A stretch of 64,000 nt of DNA from Eledone cirrhosa (GCA_964016885.1 OZ024743.1:76136001-76200000), one strand, 5' to 3'. Shown: positions 1 to 13,021, numbered from the stretch's first letter. Notes: generated by a model not told the origin, from the letters alone. A program made the numbers and translations.

Positions 1-106
1 TATGTATGTATGTATGTATGTATGTATGTATGTATGTATGTATGTATGTATGTGTGTATGTGTGTATGTGTGTATGTATGTATGTGTGTATGTATGTACG
101 TTCTTA

Positions 107-150
<44 letters not shown>
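1..150. repeat. (TATG)n/(TG)n/(TA)n compound microsatellite
   Basis: Directly visible; explains ORF 2..337. Confidence 0.95.
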
Positions 151-151
<1 letters not shown>

Positions 152-445
152 AAACGAAAAATCAGTGATGCATCTGAACTCAATTTATTGTGTGTTACAA
201 TTGTTTCGCCGGCGGACAGCTCGAGACACGATCATCGTGTGGATCTGTCTGATTCTGGATCCAGAATCACACAGATCCACACGATGATCGTGTCCCGAGC
301 TGTCCGCCGGCGAAACAATTGTAACACAATAAATTGAGTTCAGATGCATCACTGATTTTTCGTTTTATATTATATCACACTCTGCTCTGTAAGAGCATAG
401 AGTGGTCAACCGGCATACCGCCTATGGAAGCATCTTAGCTACCAT
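142..445. mobile_element. Penelope pLTR-like fold-back element, family A (near-perfect ~235-bp palindrome 142-376 plus tail)
   Basis: Palindrome centred on GGATCC 257-262. Each arm carries GAAACAATTGTA, the 3' half of the family A HHR seen complete at 62634. Homologous to 43627, 58272 and 62545. Confidence 0.7.
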
Positions 446-476
<31 letters not shown>

Positions 477-531
477 GTATATTATAAAATAACAGGAGGT
501 TGGACTGGTGTAATTCCTTAAAAGGTTTATT

Positions 532-589
532 ATACTACGATCATTTCAGTGACCGGGTTCAGTATGAATCCGGTGACATCATCAGGTAT
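532..589 (-). ncRNA. Type I hammerhead ribozyme (family F)
   Basis: ATAC-CTGATGA-long stem II-GAAA-TGATCG-TA-GTAT, followed by AATAAA. Confidence 0.8.
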
Positions 590-623
590 TCGAAATTTAA
601 CAAAGGAATATAATAGAAAAAAT

Positions 624-675
<52 letters not shown>

Positions 676-939
676 CAATTATATCAAATTGTTATATGTA
701 AGAATTATATCTTGCTTCTAAGAAATACTTATTACTGAATTATTGGAAAAGTAATTCAGCAGAACGTAATCTATATTTTAGGATCAATAAGTCTGGACAG
801 TATTGAGAGGGTTAAGATTGTTTATTGTGAGAATTAACATAAAACTAGACGTTATTCTAGTATGGTGAACTGTTGTGTTGACAATAGCTGGCTCAAAACA
901 GTTCTTACCATTTTATAGAGTTTGCCCAGAATATAATCG

Positions 940-1120
940 TTTCTGATTTAGGTACAAGACCAACAGTTTTCAGTGGAGGGGAAAGTCGATTATGTCGACC
1001 CCAGTACGTTACTGGTACTTTATTTTATTCACCCCACGAGGAGGAAAGGCAAAGCTGACATCGGCGGGATTTGAACTCCGAACGTAAAGTGCTGTAACTC
1101 TATGCTGCAAAGCACATTCA
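940..1120 (-). mobile_element. tRNA-derived SINE (major family)
   Basis: B-box-like GTTCAAATCCC and conserved CTTTGCCTTTCxTCC...AAAATAAAGTACCAGT core, shared with ~17 other copies. Confidence 0.85.
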
Positions 1121-1184
1121 GTTCTACATATATTTTATTTGTGGCTATCATCAATGACCAACTCCAACAGTTATACATTCATAT

Positions 1185-1765
1185 ATGATGGCTGCCCCTT
1201 CGTTATCGGGTATGGCCATTGCACGATATACCATTATTAGTAATTATTAATTAATTCTATCGTGCAATGCCTGTGCGTGAAGATTGTTTTTAAAGTGAGA
1301 AAAGACTGTGCACTGAGCCAATCCCACTCTCTGAGAGACAGTAGCTATAACCCGAAAAGAAGAAAAGATCAACATCATCGATAACTACAGAGCAGCAGGT
1401 TTTATGTCGGAGTTATCCCAGTTTCCTGAGTTGCCTTCTCCTAGAAGAATGTCCTGACAAAGGTTAGGGGTCCTTCACTCCCAGTGGTTTAACCGCGCGA
1501 TCGGGTATCCAGCCTAATTATTTCTATGTTGCCGCGCATATACACATATATATACATGTATATACATATTTACACATTTTGGATGGCTGTTGACTCTTAT
1601 GAGTTTTCCGCCCTTTATCAGGTTTTGCTTTTTGTCCTGCAGGGTGTCCCAAATCACCCTCCACACCAAGTAAACTTGGTGGGGATGCCGGTTTAGTCGC
1701 CGACGACCCGACCATGCGACAGGTTGTACTGTGTTACATGTTACTCAAGAGTGACCCGACATAAA
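1185..1765 (-). mobile_element. Non-autonomous bipartite RTE-derived element (5'UTR-like part plus 3' tail)
   Basis: CTAGGAGAAGGCAACTC and GAGAGTGGGATTGGC motifs resemble RTE 5'UTRs. 3' end resembles the RTE end near 12500. Diverged homologue at 50060-50548. Confidence 0.55.
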
Positions 1766-1785
1766 CATACATACATACATACATA

Positions 1786-2075
1786 ACAATCCATTAATGG
1801 AACAGTAAAAATATGTAAAACATTCCAAAAATGTTGCATCTAATAACTGCATAGACACATGTACATATACAAAGCATATACACATGCACACATACAACTC
1901 AAAACATCCACATCCACACATACAATAACATCCATATCTACACATGCAGACATGCATACATAATCTACCTAGTCGATGTTGTGTAAATTCCAATGAGAGA
2001 GTCTTGCGTCTCTGTTAGAAACCGACTCTCTCTCTCTATTGGTAAACATTTGTGAAATTATAAAACCAGAAGAAC
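1786..2075 (+). mobile_element. 3'-terminal fragment of the R4/Dong-like element
   Basis: Closely matches 54702-54990; lies between (ACAT)n and (CA)n. Confidence 0.9.
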
Positions 2076-2134
2076 ACACACACACACACACACACACACA
2101 TATCACATTCATGAAGATCCCTGAACAAATAATA

Positions 2135-2229
2135 GTTCTGATTTAGGCATTAGGCCAACAATTTTGGGGGAGGATGAAACTTGATTAAATCAACACCAGT
2201 GCGTGACTGGTACTTTATTTTATCGACCA
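2135..2229 (-). mobile_element. SINE 3' fragment (major family)
   Basis: ACTGGTACTTTATTTTATCGACC core. Confidence 0.7.
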
Positions 2230-3034
2230 ATCCGTGAACAAGTAATGACTAATGTGATTTATAAATTCCATCAGAAATATGAAAGTTATAAACTTGCTGC
2301 CTCTGTTATGACATACCTGCACAACACTCAACAACCTGATTATCATACACTTATAATAACGATTACAAAGCAATAAACACACACGGCACCTAACAAGATT
2401 AGATAGGGGAACGTTAGTAGACAACACATTCATACTTTACAGAAATCCCCACTAGATAAGGTGATTAATTGTAGAAGAATAACTCATAACACAACACACT
2501 GTATAATCATTGCAATACAATAACCAAAGTCAGTTTATCACAAACAAAATAGACACCTGAAATTATTATATATATGTATAGCATGTAGCTTAATTGCTTT
2601 AAATTAATGTTTTGTCCTTCGTCTCTTACTCCACTGGACAGCGATTGGCTTGTGTCGGACGCTGTGACTCCCGGCGGACCAGCAGTACCGTTGGTAGGGG
2701 TTGAAACTGCCTAAGTCCACCTCAACGTCTGATTACCATGGGGTTCTATGTCCTTCGTTTATATCTATATTTTTTTTTAAATAATTTTTTAAGGATTCCC
2801 CTTAAATACTTGTTTTTCGTTTGTTGTCTTGTCCTTTCTTTGTTAATTTTCTTCAGTTTATACACGTGTGTGTGATTTGTATATGTTTATATATTTATCT
2901 ATATTTCTCTCTATCTACCTATTTATTTATGTGAGTGTGTGTAACAGCTCACACCTATGCAGGTTTAGCAGGCCCCCTCCAAGGTATATCTCGTTGGAGG
3001 TGTCTTGGGTAATTTAATGATAGGGACCCCTGTC

Positions 3035-3187
3035 CTCTCATTTCATTTCTACAGCTGAGTAAACTGGAGCAACGTGAAATAAAGTGTCTTGCTCAAGGAA
3101 ACAACACATCACCCGGTCCGAGAATTGAACTCACAACCTTTCTATTGCAAGCTCAATGCTCTAACCACTAAGCCATGCGCCTTCACC
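3035..3187 (-). mobile_element. tRNA-head SINE (second family)
   Basis: Reverse strand reads GGCGCATGGCTTAGTGGTTAGAGC...GAGTTCAATTC (A/B boxes); related to 7485. Confidence 0.75.
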
Positions 3188-3483
3188 TATTTACTTAGCC
3201 CCTTCTATATTGTTATTTCTATTCAGCTTTTCTGTATTTCAACAGTAAATAACCAGACCACCCTAGCTCCCCTCTCTTATCCAATATTAGTAAAATTTCT
3301 TCTGTTGTTCTTGTAATCATTAACAAGTCCCCAACATCATCTGGGTTGATTAATATTGTATTATCTCTCTATTGTATTCCACAAAGTCTTCCCAGTAAAA
3401 CCTTCTCCAATTTCATCTCATTTGGAAATGTGTGCAAATTATTTTAGAGGCAGAAAAAGCAATGAATATAAATAATAATAATT

Positions 3484-3672
3484 TTTTCTACTTTTGGCAC
3501 AAGGCCAGCAATTACTCCAGTGCATTACTGGTACTTTATTTTATCGACCCCGAAAGGATGAAAGGCAAAGTTAACCACGGCGTGGTTTGAACTCGGACCA
3601 TAAAGGGCCGTAACTCTTTGCTGCAAAGCATGACGTCCGACCCTCTACCGATACTGCCAATCCACCGACCTT
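3484..3672 (-). mobile_element. SINE (major family), full length
   Basis: Matches family consensus. Confidence 0.85.
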
Positions 3673-3711
3673 AGTGATTATAAATAGTAATATGGATATA
3701 AATAATAATAA

Positions 3712-3817
3712 TTGTTTCTACTTTTGGCACAAGGCCAGCAATTACCCCAGTGCATTACTGGTACTTTATTTTATCGACCCTGTAAGGACGAAAGGCAAAG
3801 TTAAACTCGGCGGGAGT
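3712..3817 (-). mobile_element. SINE (major family), 5'-truncated
   Basis: Matches 3' part of consensus. Confidence 0.8.
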
Positions 3818-3839
3818 TAATATAAATAATAATAATTAT

Positions 3840-4470
3840 TATTATTGTGTACAGTGCTCAGGTGCACTACAACTCATCAAAGGTGCATGTACAATACATA
3901 GAATAATTGTTTCTACTTTTGGCACAAGGTCAGCAATTACACCAGTTCATTATTTATTGACCCCGTAAGGATGAAAGGCAAAGTTAACCTCGGCGGGATT
4001 TGAACCCAGGACGTAAAGGGCCATAACTCTATGCTGCAAAGCATGGTGTCTGACGCTCTGCCGATTACTGCCAATCCAACATAGAATCATGTACAAATGT
4101 CAGGAAGGTGAACGGTGTATGAGTCATGATATACACACACACTCACGCATGCGTGCGTGTGTATGGAGGGGAAATATCAGGTGTTTCCGAAAGTCACGGG
4201 AGCCATACTGTTTTCTCATTTGTAAGCATGTTCACGGGTGTTAGACACATGGAATTCAAAAAAGTACTCAGAGTTGTTGTTGAAATGATGGTTAATAATC
4301 TTCTGGGTGTCTACCAAACTCAGTTACCAGACGTCGGAGCTTTAATGTATCCATGACCAAGGAAGCAAAGCGTTCAGAGTATGGTAGATGCCTGATGGAG
4401 TATATTCGTTTGGTTGAATGTCTCTGAACAGTTTCCAGGAGATCGATATTCTGAACGAGATAGGGGTTTC
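3840..4470 (-). mobile_element. CR1-like LINE 3' fragment interrupted by a SINE (3907-4080)
   Basis: Homologous to 38170-39400 (ORF2 end and 3'UTR ...GAGCACTGTACACAATAAT). Confidence 0.75.
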
Positions 4471-4878
4471 CGACTTATATGGGAATCCAACTAACTTTCA
4501 ACATATATCAAGCAAACATATTTTAATCATTGGTAAGATCAATAGTATTTGATGGACATCAATTTTGGCAAAGTACAATTACATCTGACAAGATAAAAGA
4601 CTTCTATAGAATTTTATGACTCCGGTGGCAAGGTCATGTGACTTAGGGAATGAGAACGAGGGTTAATATATCATTGATTGATAAATTTATAAGATTTAGA
4701 GAGTGGTTGGGATACATCTATAGACGGGATGAAGTTTAAGATGTCTCAGTTGAAGAAGAACAGAATGATTATGGCAAATATAAGACAATGAGACAGGAGT
4801 CAGATGAAAAATGTTGAGATGAATTAAGTAAGATGACAGAAGATCTATGGGTATCGGGAAAATTCATCTCTCTCTCTC

Positions 4879-4995
<117 letters not shown>

Positions 4996-5020
4996 ATATA
5001 TATATACATACATATATATA

Positions 5021-5906
5021 CGAGGTGTGTCAGAAACGTTCCAGGACTGATGTCACAAAAGATTTATTTCAAACCCAAACTTCACACTAAGTGTTTTCCC
5101 CTTCAAAGTAATCCCCCTGGAGTCTAATGCACTTTTCCATCCTTTTCTGCCACGCTTGCATGCACTCCTGGAAGGATACTTCCGGGATTCTCCGCAGTTC
5201 CGTCGTCACGGCCTTTTTGATGTCGTCCACGTCTTCAAAACGGGTCCCCTCCGGGTCACACTCGAAGATCCAAGACTCATCACCGGTGATGACTGTCCCT
5301 AACAAGTCTGGTCCGGTTTCAAGACGCTCGAGAATGTCCTGGCACACTTGCATGCGTCGACCCTTCTGGTCATCGTTCAGCAGTTTTGGCACCATCTTCA
5401 CGCAGACTTTCCGCATGTCCAAATCTTCAGTGAGAATCTTCCAGACGCTCTCCCGATTCATGCCCAGCTCATTTGCCATAAGTCGAACAATCAGTCGACG
5501 ATCGCTCCGCACCATCTGCCTGACGCGCTCAACGTTGACCTCAGTCCTGGTTGTTGAGGGCCTTCCGCTCCTGGGGTCATCTTGAACCACTCAAAAACAC
5601 CTGAGCGTGACATAGTCTCATCTCCATACACTTGCTGCGGCAATCCCAGTGCTTCTGACGGAGTTTTCCCCAACAGTAACAGAAACTTCAAGTTTGTTCG
5701 TTGCTCTGTGCTCCTTGCTTGACGACCTGAAACAGAGGACATGTATATAAAATTATGAAGAAAAAAGTTTGATCGCTGCAGAGAGCTAAGATTACAATTA
5801 CATACTCCAGGAGGATTACTTTGAAGGAGAAAACTCTTAGTGTGAAGTTTGGGTTTGAAATAAAGCTTTTGTGACATCAGTCCTGGAACGTTTCTGACAC
5901 ACCTCG
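5021..5906 (-). mobile_element. Internally deleted mariner DNA transposon
   Basis: TIRs CGAGGTGTGTCAGAAACG.../...CGTTTCTGACACACCTCG, TA flanks, inserted in (TA)n. Confidence 0.95.
5087..5745 (-). pseudogene. Mariner transposase remnant (frameshift, catalytic core largely deleted)
   Basis: QRTNLKF...VYGDETMSRSGVFEWFK, DDPRSGRP, KMVPKLL, ITGDESW fused directly to the C-terminal GTRFEDV...GDYFEG. Confidence 0.9.
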
Positions 5907-5915
5907 TATATATAA

Positions 5916-6008
<93 letters not shown>

Positions 6009-6199
6009 TTTAGGTTTGTTGGTTCACCATTGGATAGAACTGGTCATTCCGTATAGTCAACCTTGATGTAATATTAGGGAGAGCACTTGACGTAATGCAA
6101 CTCACCCATCTTCGTTTATGAAGTTGGTGGTGCGAGTACGGAGTTAATTATTATAAAATAACAGGAGGCTGGACTGGTGTAATTCCTTAAAGGTTTATT

Positions 6200-6257
6200 A
6201 TACTATGATCATTTCAATGACCGGGTTCAGTATGAATCCGGTTACATCATCAGGTAT
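6200..6257 (-). ncRNA. Type I hammerhead ribozyme (family F, in element 6150-6290)
   Basis: ATAC-CTGATGA-stem II-GAAA-TGATCA-TA-GTAT; paralogue of 532-589. Confidence 0.8.
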
Positions 6258-6526
6258 TCCGAAATTTATCCAACAAAGAAATATAATAATAGACACAATC
6301 CAAGGGGCTGAAAAGCAGAGAGAAATGCTCAAGACGAGAAGGCGGCCAAAAATTAGCAGTTGCTAGGATTTAGCTTCAGGCATAACTGTATACAGATGTG
6401 TATAGAAATTTCGTATTTCTAAAGAAATATAGTATGTTTATAGATAAACATTTAGAAAGCTGTAGCTATGTAAAAAACACCGGGGCTAACGCCCTCTGGT
6501 GGTGTCCAGCAGAAGCAAGGATGACA

Positions 6527-6570
6527 ATCGTCGATGCATTTCGAACTTAACTGGTTATCATCAGGACGAT
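6527..6570 (-). ncRNA. Minimal type I hammerhead ribozyme
   Basis: ATCGTC-CTGATGA-TAACCAGTTAAGTTC-GAAA-TGCA-TC-GACGAT; 6-bp stem I. Confidence 0.8.
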
Positions 6571-6659
6571 CCCTCCCACACTTGCAACTGCTGGACTTGA
6601 AAACAGTCGAGAATATATGGTTTTCTCGTCTGTGTAAATGAGGTATTAATCTCATTTGC

Positions 6660-6778
6660 ATATGAGGCTGCATAAGTTGGCTCAACTTATATTAGAATAG
6701 AATTGGGAATTAGCTTCAGGCGTAGCTGTATATGAAAGTAAAGGAGTGTGTGTATGAGCTTGGAAGTACGAATATATA

Positions 6779-6829
<51 letters not shown>

Positions 6830-6937
6830 ACTTCCAAGCACATACACACGCTCTTTTACTTACATATGCAGCTACGCCTGAAGCTAAATCACAATTCTAT
6901 TCTAATATAAGTTGAGCCAACTTATGCAGCTTCATAT
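6660..6937. repeat. ~115-bp inverted repeat pair around a (TA)n spacer
   Basis: 6660-6775 is the reverse complement of 6822-6937. Confidence 0.85.
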
Positions 6938-6974
6938 ATATGATGTTTGTGTATCTATATTTCTATCCAGCTAC

Positions 6975-6994
6975 CTATTTATCTACCTACCTAT

Positions 6995-7061
<67 letters not shown>

Positions 7062-7186
7062 TAGACAGACAGATAGATAGGTGGTTGGTAGGGAGGTAGG
7101 TAAGTAGGTAGGTAGGTAGGTAGATAGATAGGTAGATGTATACAGAGAGAGAGGGAGGGAGAGAGGGAGGGAGAGAGGGAGGGAGG

Positions 7187-7249
<63 letters not shown>

Positions 7250-7250
7250 A
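6975..7250. repeat. Compound microsatellite (TA/GACA/GGTA/GA)
   Basis: Directly visible. Confidence 0.9.
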
Positions 7251-7484
7251 CATATATGCATACAAGCACCTACACAGAAAATTACATAAAAGTGCAGACA
7301 CTGACAACGTGGATTTAATTAATTTATTCAAAGTACAAAACACAGCGTTTGGTAATAATTTGAAATTTAAGATAGAGAATTTGTTTTGCTAAGTAGCGTT
7401 AACCGGAATGTGAACAGTAAAGCGGTTACATCATAAGTTATATCTTCTAGGAAAACGGTCATCACTTACAATGAATCTTTCATG

Positions 7485-7900
7485 TGGAGGCGTGTGGCCT
7501 AGTGGTAAGGGTGTTGGACTTATGATCATAATGTTGTGAGTTCGATTGGTGGGATGGGTTGTGTGCTCTTGAGTAAAACATTTCATTTCATTTCATGGTG
7601 TTCCAGTATACTCTGCTGAAAATGAGTACCAGCAATAGCTGGGGGTTTAACGCTACGATGGACTGACGTCCTGTCCAGGGGGGTGGGGTGGGGTGGGGTG
7701 AGTCTTGTACTCTCAGTACCTTCACACCACGAAACCGGGATAAGCACCGACCTGGCGAGCCTCCTGGTTTGAGATAGATTTTAGCCCTGCGTTGAACTGA
7801 CGTCCTGTCTAGGGCTGGATCTGGTATTTTCAGTCGCTTCACGACACGGAACCACGATAACCAAGTCTCATGAGCTTCCTGGCCTGAGTCAGACTTTAGA
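7485..7900 (+). mobile_element. tRNA-head SINE with V-domain-like core, 3' part duplicated
   Basis: GGCGTGTGGCCTAGTGGTAAG / GAGTTCGATT boxes; CGATGGACTGACGTCCTGTCCAGGG...GAAACCGGGATAAG. Confidence 0.65.
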
Positions 7901-8450
7901 CAAGACTTGAGACTCTTTTCAGTGACAACTGGACATCAATCAGATATTCTTTCTCTGAAGACGGTCAAAGATTAACCAGACCAATTCTATTTCTTCTGGC
8001 CACCAGGAGATAAGACATACGGTGTTTATTTCTCACAGAGAAACTAACATCATATGTTTATTAAACAAATAAATTCCGCACATTTCATATTACTCCAAAA
8101 CGCTGTTTAGTGCACTCATTAACCGACATTGTTAACGCATGCGCTCTAATATAAATTAGACAGGTCGGTTAATTCCGTATTATATGTGTCTTGGTTGAGT
8201 CATAATGACATATAAATCTGTCTCTGTCGAAGAACTTCTGTAAGTTTGAAGACAACCGATTTCATCCAAAGAGAGACATATGGAAGTAATCGATCTCAGA
8301 AAGAGAGACATGTGGAAATAATCGATCCCAGTATCTCATTGTAACTTTATATATTGATTTCCAAATGATGAAAGTCAAAGCTGACCTCGCACGAAACATT
8401 CAGCCTGACCTTCTTATTGTATATCTAGAAATATCTATATATAGTTATTA

Positions 8451-8626
8451 TTGGCAGTATCGGTAGAGCGTTGGACACCATGCATTACGGCATAGAGTTA
8501 TGGCTTTTTACGTTCTGAGTTCAAATCCCGCCGAGGTTAGCTTTGCCTTTCATCCTTACAGGGTCGATAAAATAGACACCTCCTCCCCAAATATTGATGG
8601 TGTTGTGTCTAAATCAGAACCAATTA
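8451..8626 (+). mobile_element. SINE (major family)
   Basis: Matches consensus. Confidence 0.85.
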
Positions 8627-8664
8627 TATATAATGTATATATAGATATAATGTTTATATAATGT

Positions 8665-8701
8665 ACATGTGTGTGGGTGTGTGTGCGTGTGTCTATATCT
8701 C

Positions 8702-8732
<31 letters not shown>

Positions 8733-8784
8733 GTATGTATATACATATATATGTATGTATATACATATATATATATGTATATAC

Positions 8785-8826
<42 letters not shown>

Positions 8827-8947
8827 ATATATATATGTGTGTATGTGTATATATATATGTATGTATGTATATATATATATGTATATATATATTTATATGT
8901 ATATATATATATTTATATGTATATATATATATATATATATGTGTATA

Positions 8948-9014
<67 letters not shown>

Positions 9015-9094
9015 GTGAGTATATATGTATGTTTGTATGTATATGTGAGTATATATATATGTATATATATATGTATGTTTGTATGTATATGTGA

Positions 9095-9130
<36 letters not shown>
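8665..9130. repeat. Degenerate (TA)n/(TATG)n microsatellite
   Basis: Directly visible. Confidence 0.95.
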
Positions 9131-9133
<3 letters not shown>

Positions 9134-9191
9134 AAAGTAGTCACGACCCCGATGACTGAGCTCCGCCGTTTCGACAGCTAGATCCGAACTA

Positions 9192-9330
9192 TTTAACTAA
9201 AGAAACTTTAGCCTGGTAGTGGTGTTTAGAACTCTTAAGAAATGGAAAAGGATGAGTATTGACGTACTCGTCCTTTTCCATTTCTGAAGGGTTCTAAACC
9301 CCACGCCAGGCTAAAGTTTCTTTAGTTAAA
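9192..9330. repeat. ~140-bp imperfect palindrome next to a family E half-HHR (9143-9190)
   Basis: TTTAACTAAAGAAACTTTAGCCTGG...CCAGGCTAAAGTTTCTTTAGTTAAA. Confidence 0.85.
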
Positions 9331-9394
9331 AATAAGGCGAAAGCTTCTATTTCTAATTTCAAACTCACTCGCTGTTTCAAAACATACTTTCTTG

Positions 9395-9396
<2 letters not shown>

Positions 9397-9470
<74 letters not shown>

Positions 9471-9550
9471 AATATATGTATATATATATATATATATGTA
9501 TAATATATATATATATATATATATATATGTATAATATATGTATGTATATG

Positions 9551-9594
<44 letters not shown>

Positions 9595-9602
9595 AATATA
9601 TG

Positions 9603-9657
<55 letters not shown>

Positions 9658-9665
9658 AATATATG

Positions 9666-9716
<51 letters not shown>

Positions 9717-9724
9717 AATATATG

Positions 9725-9778
<54 letters not shown>

Positions 9779-9846
9779 GTATATATATATGTATTATATA
9801 TGTATGTATAATATATGTATATATATATATGTATTATATATGTATA

Positions 9847-9878
<32 letters not shown>
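9397..9878. repeat. (TA)n with periodic TGTATAATATATG interruptions
   Basis: Directly visible. Confidence 0.95.
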
Positions 9879-9948
9879 AGAGATTGTGCAAGACCCCGGA
9901 GTACCCTGGTGCGTTATGGTCCACCTGGTTCCTTACCACACTTCCTTC

Positions 9949-12521
9949 GAAAGGAGGCTACACCTTCTTCTGGAAGGGCAATGCAAAGGACGAGGACAGA
10001 ATCCACGGGGTAGGCCTGGCCATCAGGACTTCACTCTGCAAGCAGCTACCAGACCTCCCAACACCTGTGAGTGACCGGCTGATGAAGGTCCGCTTCCCCC
10101 TCGACCCATCTCGGCATGTCACAGTCATCAGCGCGTACGCCCTCACTCTCACCAGCAGCGATGAATCAAAGCACGCTTTCTACGGGGAACTCAACGCACT
10201 CGTGAAGGGCGTCCTCCCAAGCGATAAACTCATCCTACTGGAGGACTTCAACGCAAGAGTCTGGTCTGACAGCAGCAACTGGAGAGGCTTGCTGGGACCT
10301 CACGGAACAGGGAAGCTGAACTCTAACAGCCTCATACTGTTGAGTTTCTGCACCGAGAACGACATCACCATCACCAGCACACTGTTCCACCAGGCAGACA
10401 AGTTCAAGACAACATGGATGCGCCCCAGATCCAAACAGTGGCATCTGATTGACTTTGCCATATGCCGCAGGAGGGACATCCGTGACGTCAGATCACCAGG
10501 GACATGGGTGGTGCAGAGTGTTGGACCGACCATCGCCTTGTCAGGACCATCCTGTCACTGCACACCACCCCGACACATCGCAAGACTGCGAAAGTCTGTA
10601 GGCCAGCTTTCGAAGTCGCACGACTCAAGCAGCCAGAGCATTGTGATGCGTTCGCGGAAGACCAGGACGGCCGGCTGATTGCCCATGGACCACTGACCGG
10701 ACCCCCAACTCAACAGTGGGACCAGATCAGGTCGCTGGTGACAGTCAGCCAAGGCAACCATCGGGCCGAGGAAGAGAGTCCACCAGGACTGGTTTGATGA
10801 AAACGATGAGCGCATCAGACATTTCCTGGACGAGAAGAGGAGGGCTTTCATTGAGTGGCAGAATGACAGCTCCTCCACCTCGAAGTGCGACCGCTTCAAG
10901 CACCTCCAGAGGCAGACCGAAGCAGCGCTACGCAGAATGCAGGACAAGTGGTGGGAAAAGAAGGCCGAAGAAGTCGAGAGATACGCTGACACAAAGAACT
11001 CCAAGATGTTCTTCAGTGCCATCGGGGACGTCTACGGACCCCCCATGCCTGTCACCACACCGCTGCTGTCTGCTGACGGCTCGATCCTGCTGAAGGAGAA
11101 GAGCAGCATCAACTCGAGGTGGAGAGAGCACTTCAGCAACCTGCACGATCGACATGATCTTCTCTGTACGCCAGGTGCAGGATAAGTGTGTCGAGCAGAA
11201 CATGGACCTCTTTGCCGTCTTCATAGAATTGACGAAGGTATTCGACACTCTCAACAGGGAAGCCCTCTGGTCGATCCTGTCGAAGTTTGGATGCCCGACA
11301 AAGTTTGTGATCCTGATACGGCAATTCCATGACGACATGACCTGGCAGGTGAGCTCTGGCGGAGAGGCATCGGAGCCATTCGGAATTACCAATGGCGTCA
11401 AGCAAGGATGCGCGCTGGCTCCCATCCTCTTCAACCTGTTCTTCACCTGCGTGCTGAATCATGCCGCCAGGGACCTCGAGTACGGAGTGTATCTGCGATA
11501 CAGACTGGACGGCTCCCTGTTTGACCTGCGGCGCCTGACGGCCAAGACAAGGACTGTGCCCTTATGGCCCACAGGGAGACTGACCTCCAACTCATCGTCA
11601 ACAAGTTCGCGGAGGCCTCCTGCCTCTTCGGTCTCACAATTAGCCTTGGCAAGACTGAGGTCCTGTTCCAACCTGCACCTGCCTCCGTCGCCCACCCTCC
11701 TTCCATCTCCATCGGAGGCACCCAGCTAAAGACGGTGGACGACTTCAAGTACCTCGGCAGTGTCATCAGCAGCGATAGAAGCCTCGACAAGGAGATAAAC
11801 GCCAGAATCTGCAAGGCCAGTCAAGCCCTCGGCCGCCTGAAGATACGCGTCCTAAACTAACATAACATCAGGCAGTCCACCAAGCTCAAGATGTACAGGG
11901 CCGTTGTTCTCACCAGCCTCCTCTACGGATGTGAGACATGGACCCTGTACAGAAGGCACCTGAAGCAACTGGAACGGTCCCACATACGCACCCTGCGGTC
12001 AATCATGAACATCAAATGGCAGGACAAGGTCTCCAACCTCGTAGTTCTTGACATGGCTGAGACAACCAGTGTCGAAGCTATGATATTGAAGAGCCGACTT
12101 CGATGGGAGGAACATGTCATCCGGATGGACGATCACAGGCTTCCGAAGCAACTGATGTATGGGGAACTCGAAAGCGGAGCAGGCTTCTCAAGAGGTTCAA
12201 AGACTGCGTGAAGTCCAGTATCAACAACACTGGAATCGCGCCAAAACAACCCGAGTCTCATGCTCAGGACAGGACTGAGTGGCGAGCCCTTACCAGACGC
12301 GCCAAAGACTCCTTTGAAGAGAAGAGACGGGCAGAGGTCACTGAGGCCCGTGAAAGGAGGAAAAGGCATCAACAGCTGGCCCAAGCGACTCCGGTCTCTT
12401 CCCCTGCCCCACTGTCCCCGGACCTGCAAGTCAAGGATCGACCTCCACAGCCACCTTCGTGCCCATGGCAGACGGGAACTAAAGTAAAGAAGATCTCATC
12501 ATCGTTTACGATGGACAACCA

Positions 12522-12524
<3 letters not shown>
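9949..12524 (+). mobile_element. RTE-clade (BovB-like) LINE, 5'-truncated, internally deleted, frameshifted
   Basis: APE motifs ([28 protein letters not shown]), RT motifs (GVKQGCALAPILF, FKYLGS, LLYGCETW), C-terminal C2H2 finger CPRTCKSRIDLHSHLRAH; deletion near 11150. Confidence 0.95.
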
Positions 12525-12579
<55 letters not shown>

Positions 12580-12700
12580 TATTGTATCGTTTATCTGTGT
12601 TAATCCTCTTTTTACCTTTCGTAACTACGGTCGAGCTCAGGAAGTAAATATCTTGTTGAGTCAACCACCACAGTTTGTTGAGACAGTCTTTGATATTGGA

Positions 12701-12760
12701 TACTACCTGAAGTAGGGAGACCGAAAACAATATCTCGTATATATATTAGAGTATGTAGTA
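12701..12760 (+). ncRNA. Degenerate hammerhead motif
   Basis: TACTAC-CTGAAGT-AGGGAGACC-GAAA...GTAGTA; core mismatch. Confidence 0.35.
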
Positions 12761-12989
12761 CTATGGTTCATAGTTCTTAAAGTCCTCCTGAACTATTTTC
12801 TCTCGTAATATTTCTCCTGTCTCCTATTTTTTTCTTTTTTTTTTTCATCTTCACTGTTGTATCGTCTGCTTAAAATATAACAGACTGACTTCAAAAACAA
12901 AGTCACTATTATATAAACTTCTTTATGTCATCGTCTGACTGTTCTAGTTTGTTTTTTTTTCTATTTTGTTTTAGTCTTTTGTATCGTCC

Positions 12990-13021
<32 letters not shown>

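Noticed and set aside
1600-1765. HDV-like ribozyme expected at an RTE 5' end
   Set aside because: I could not assign the P1-P4 pseudoknot by eye
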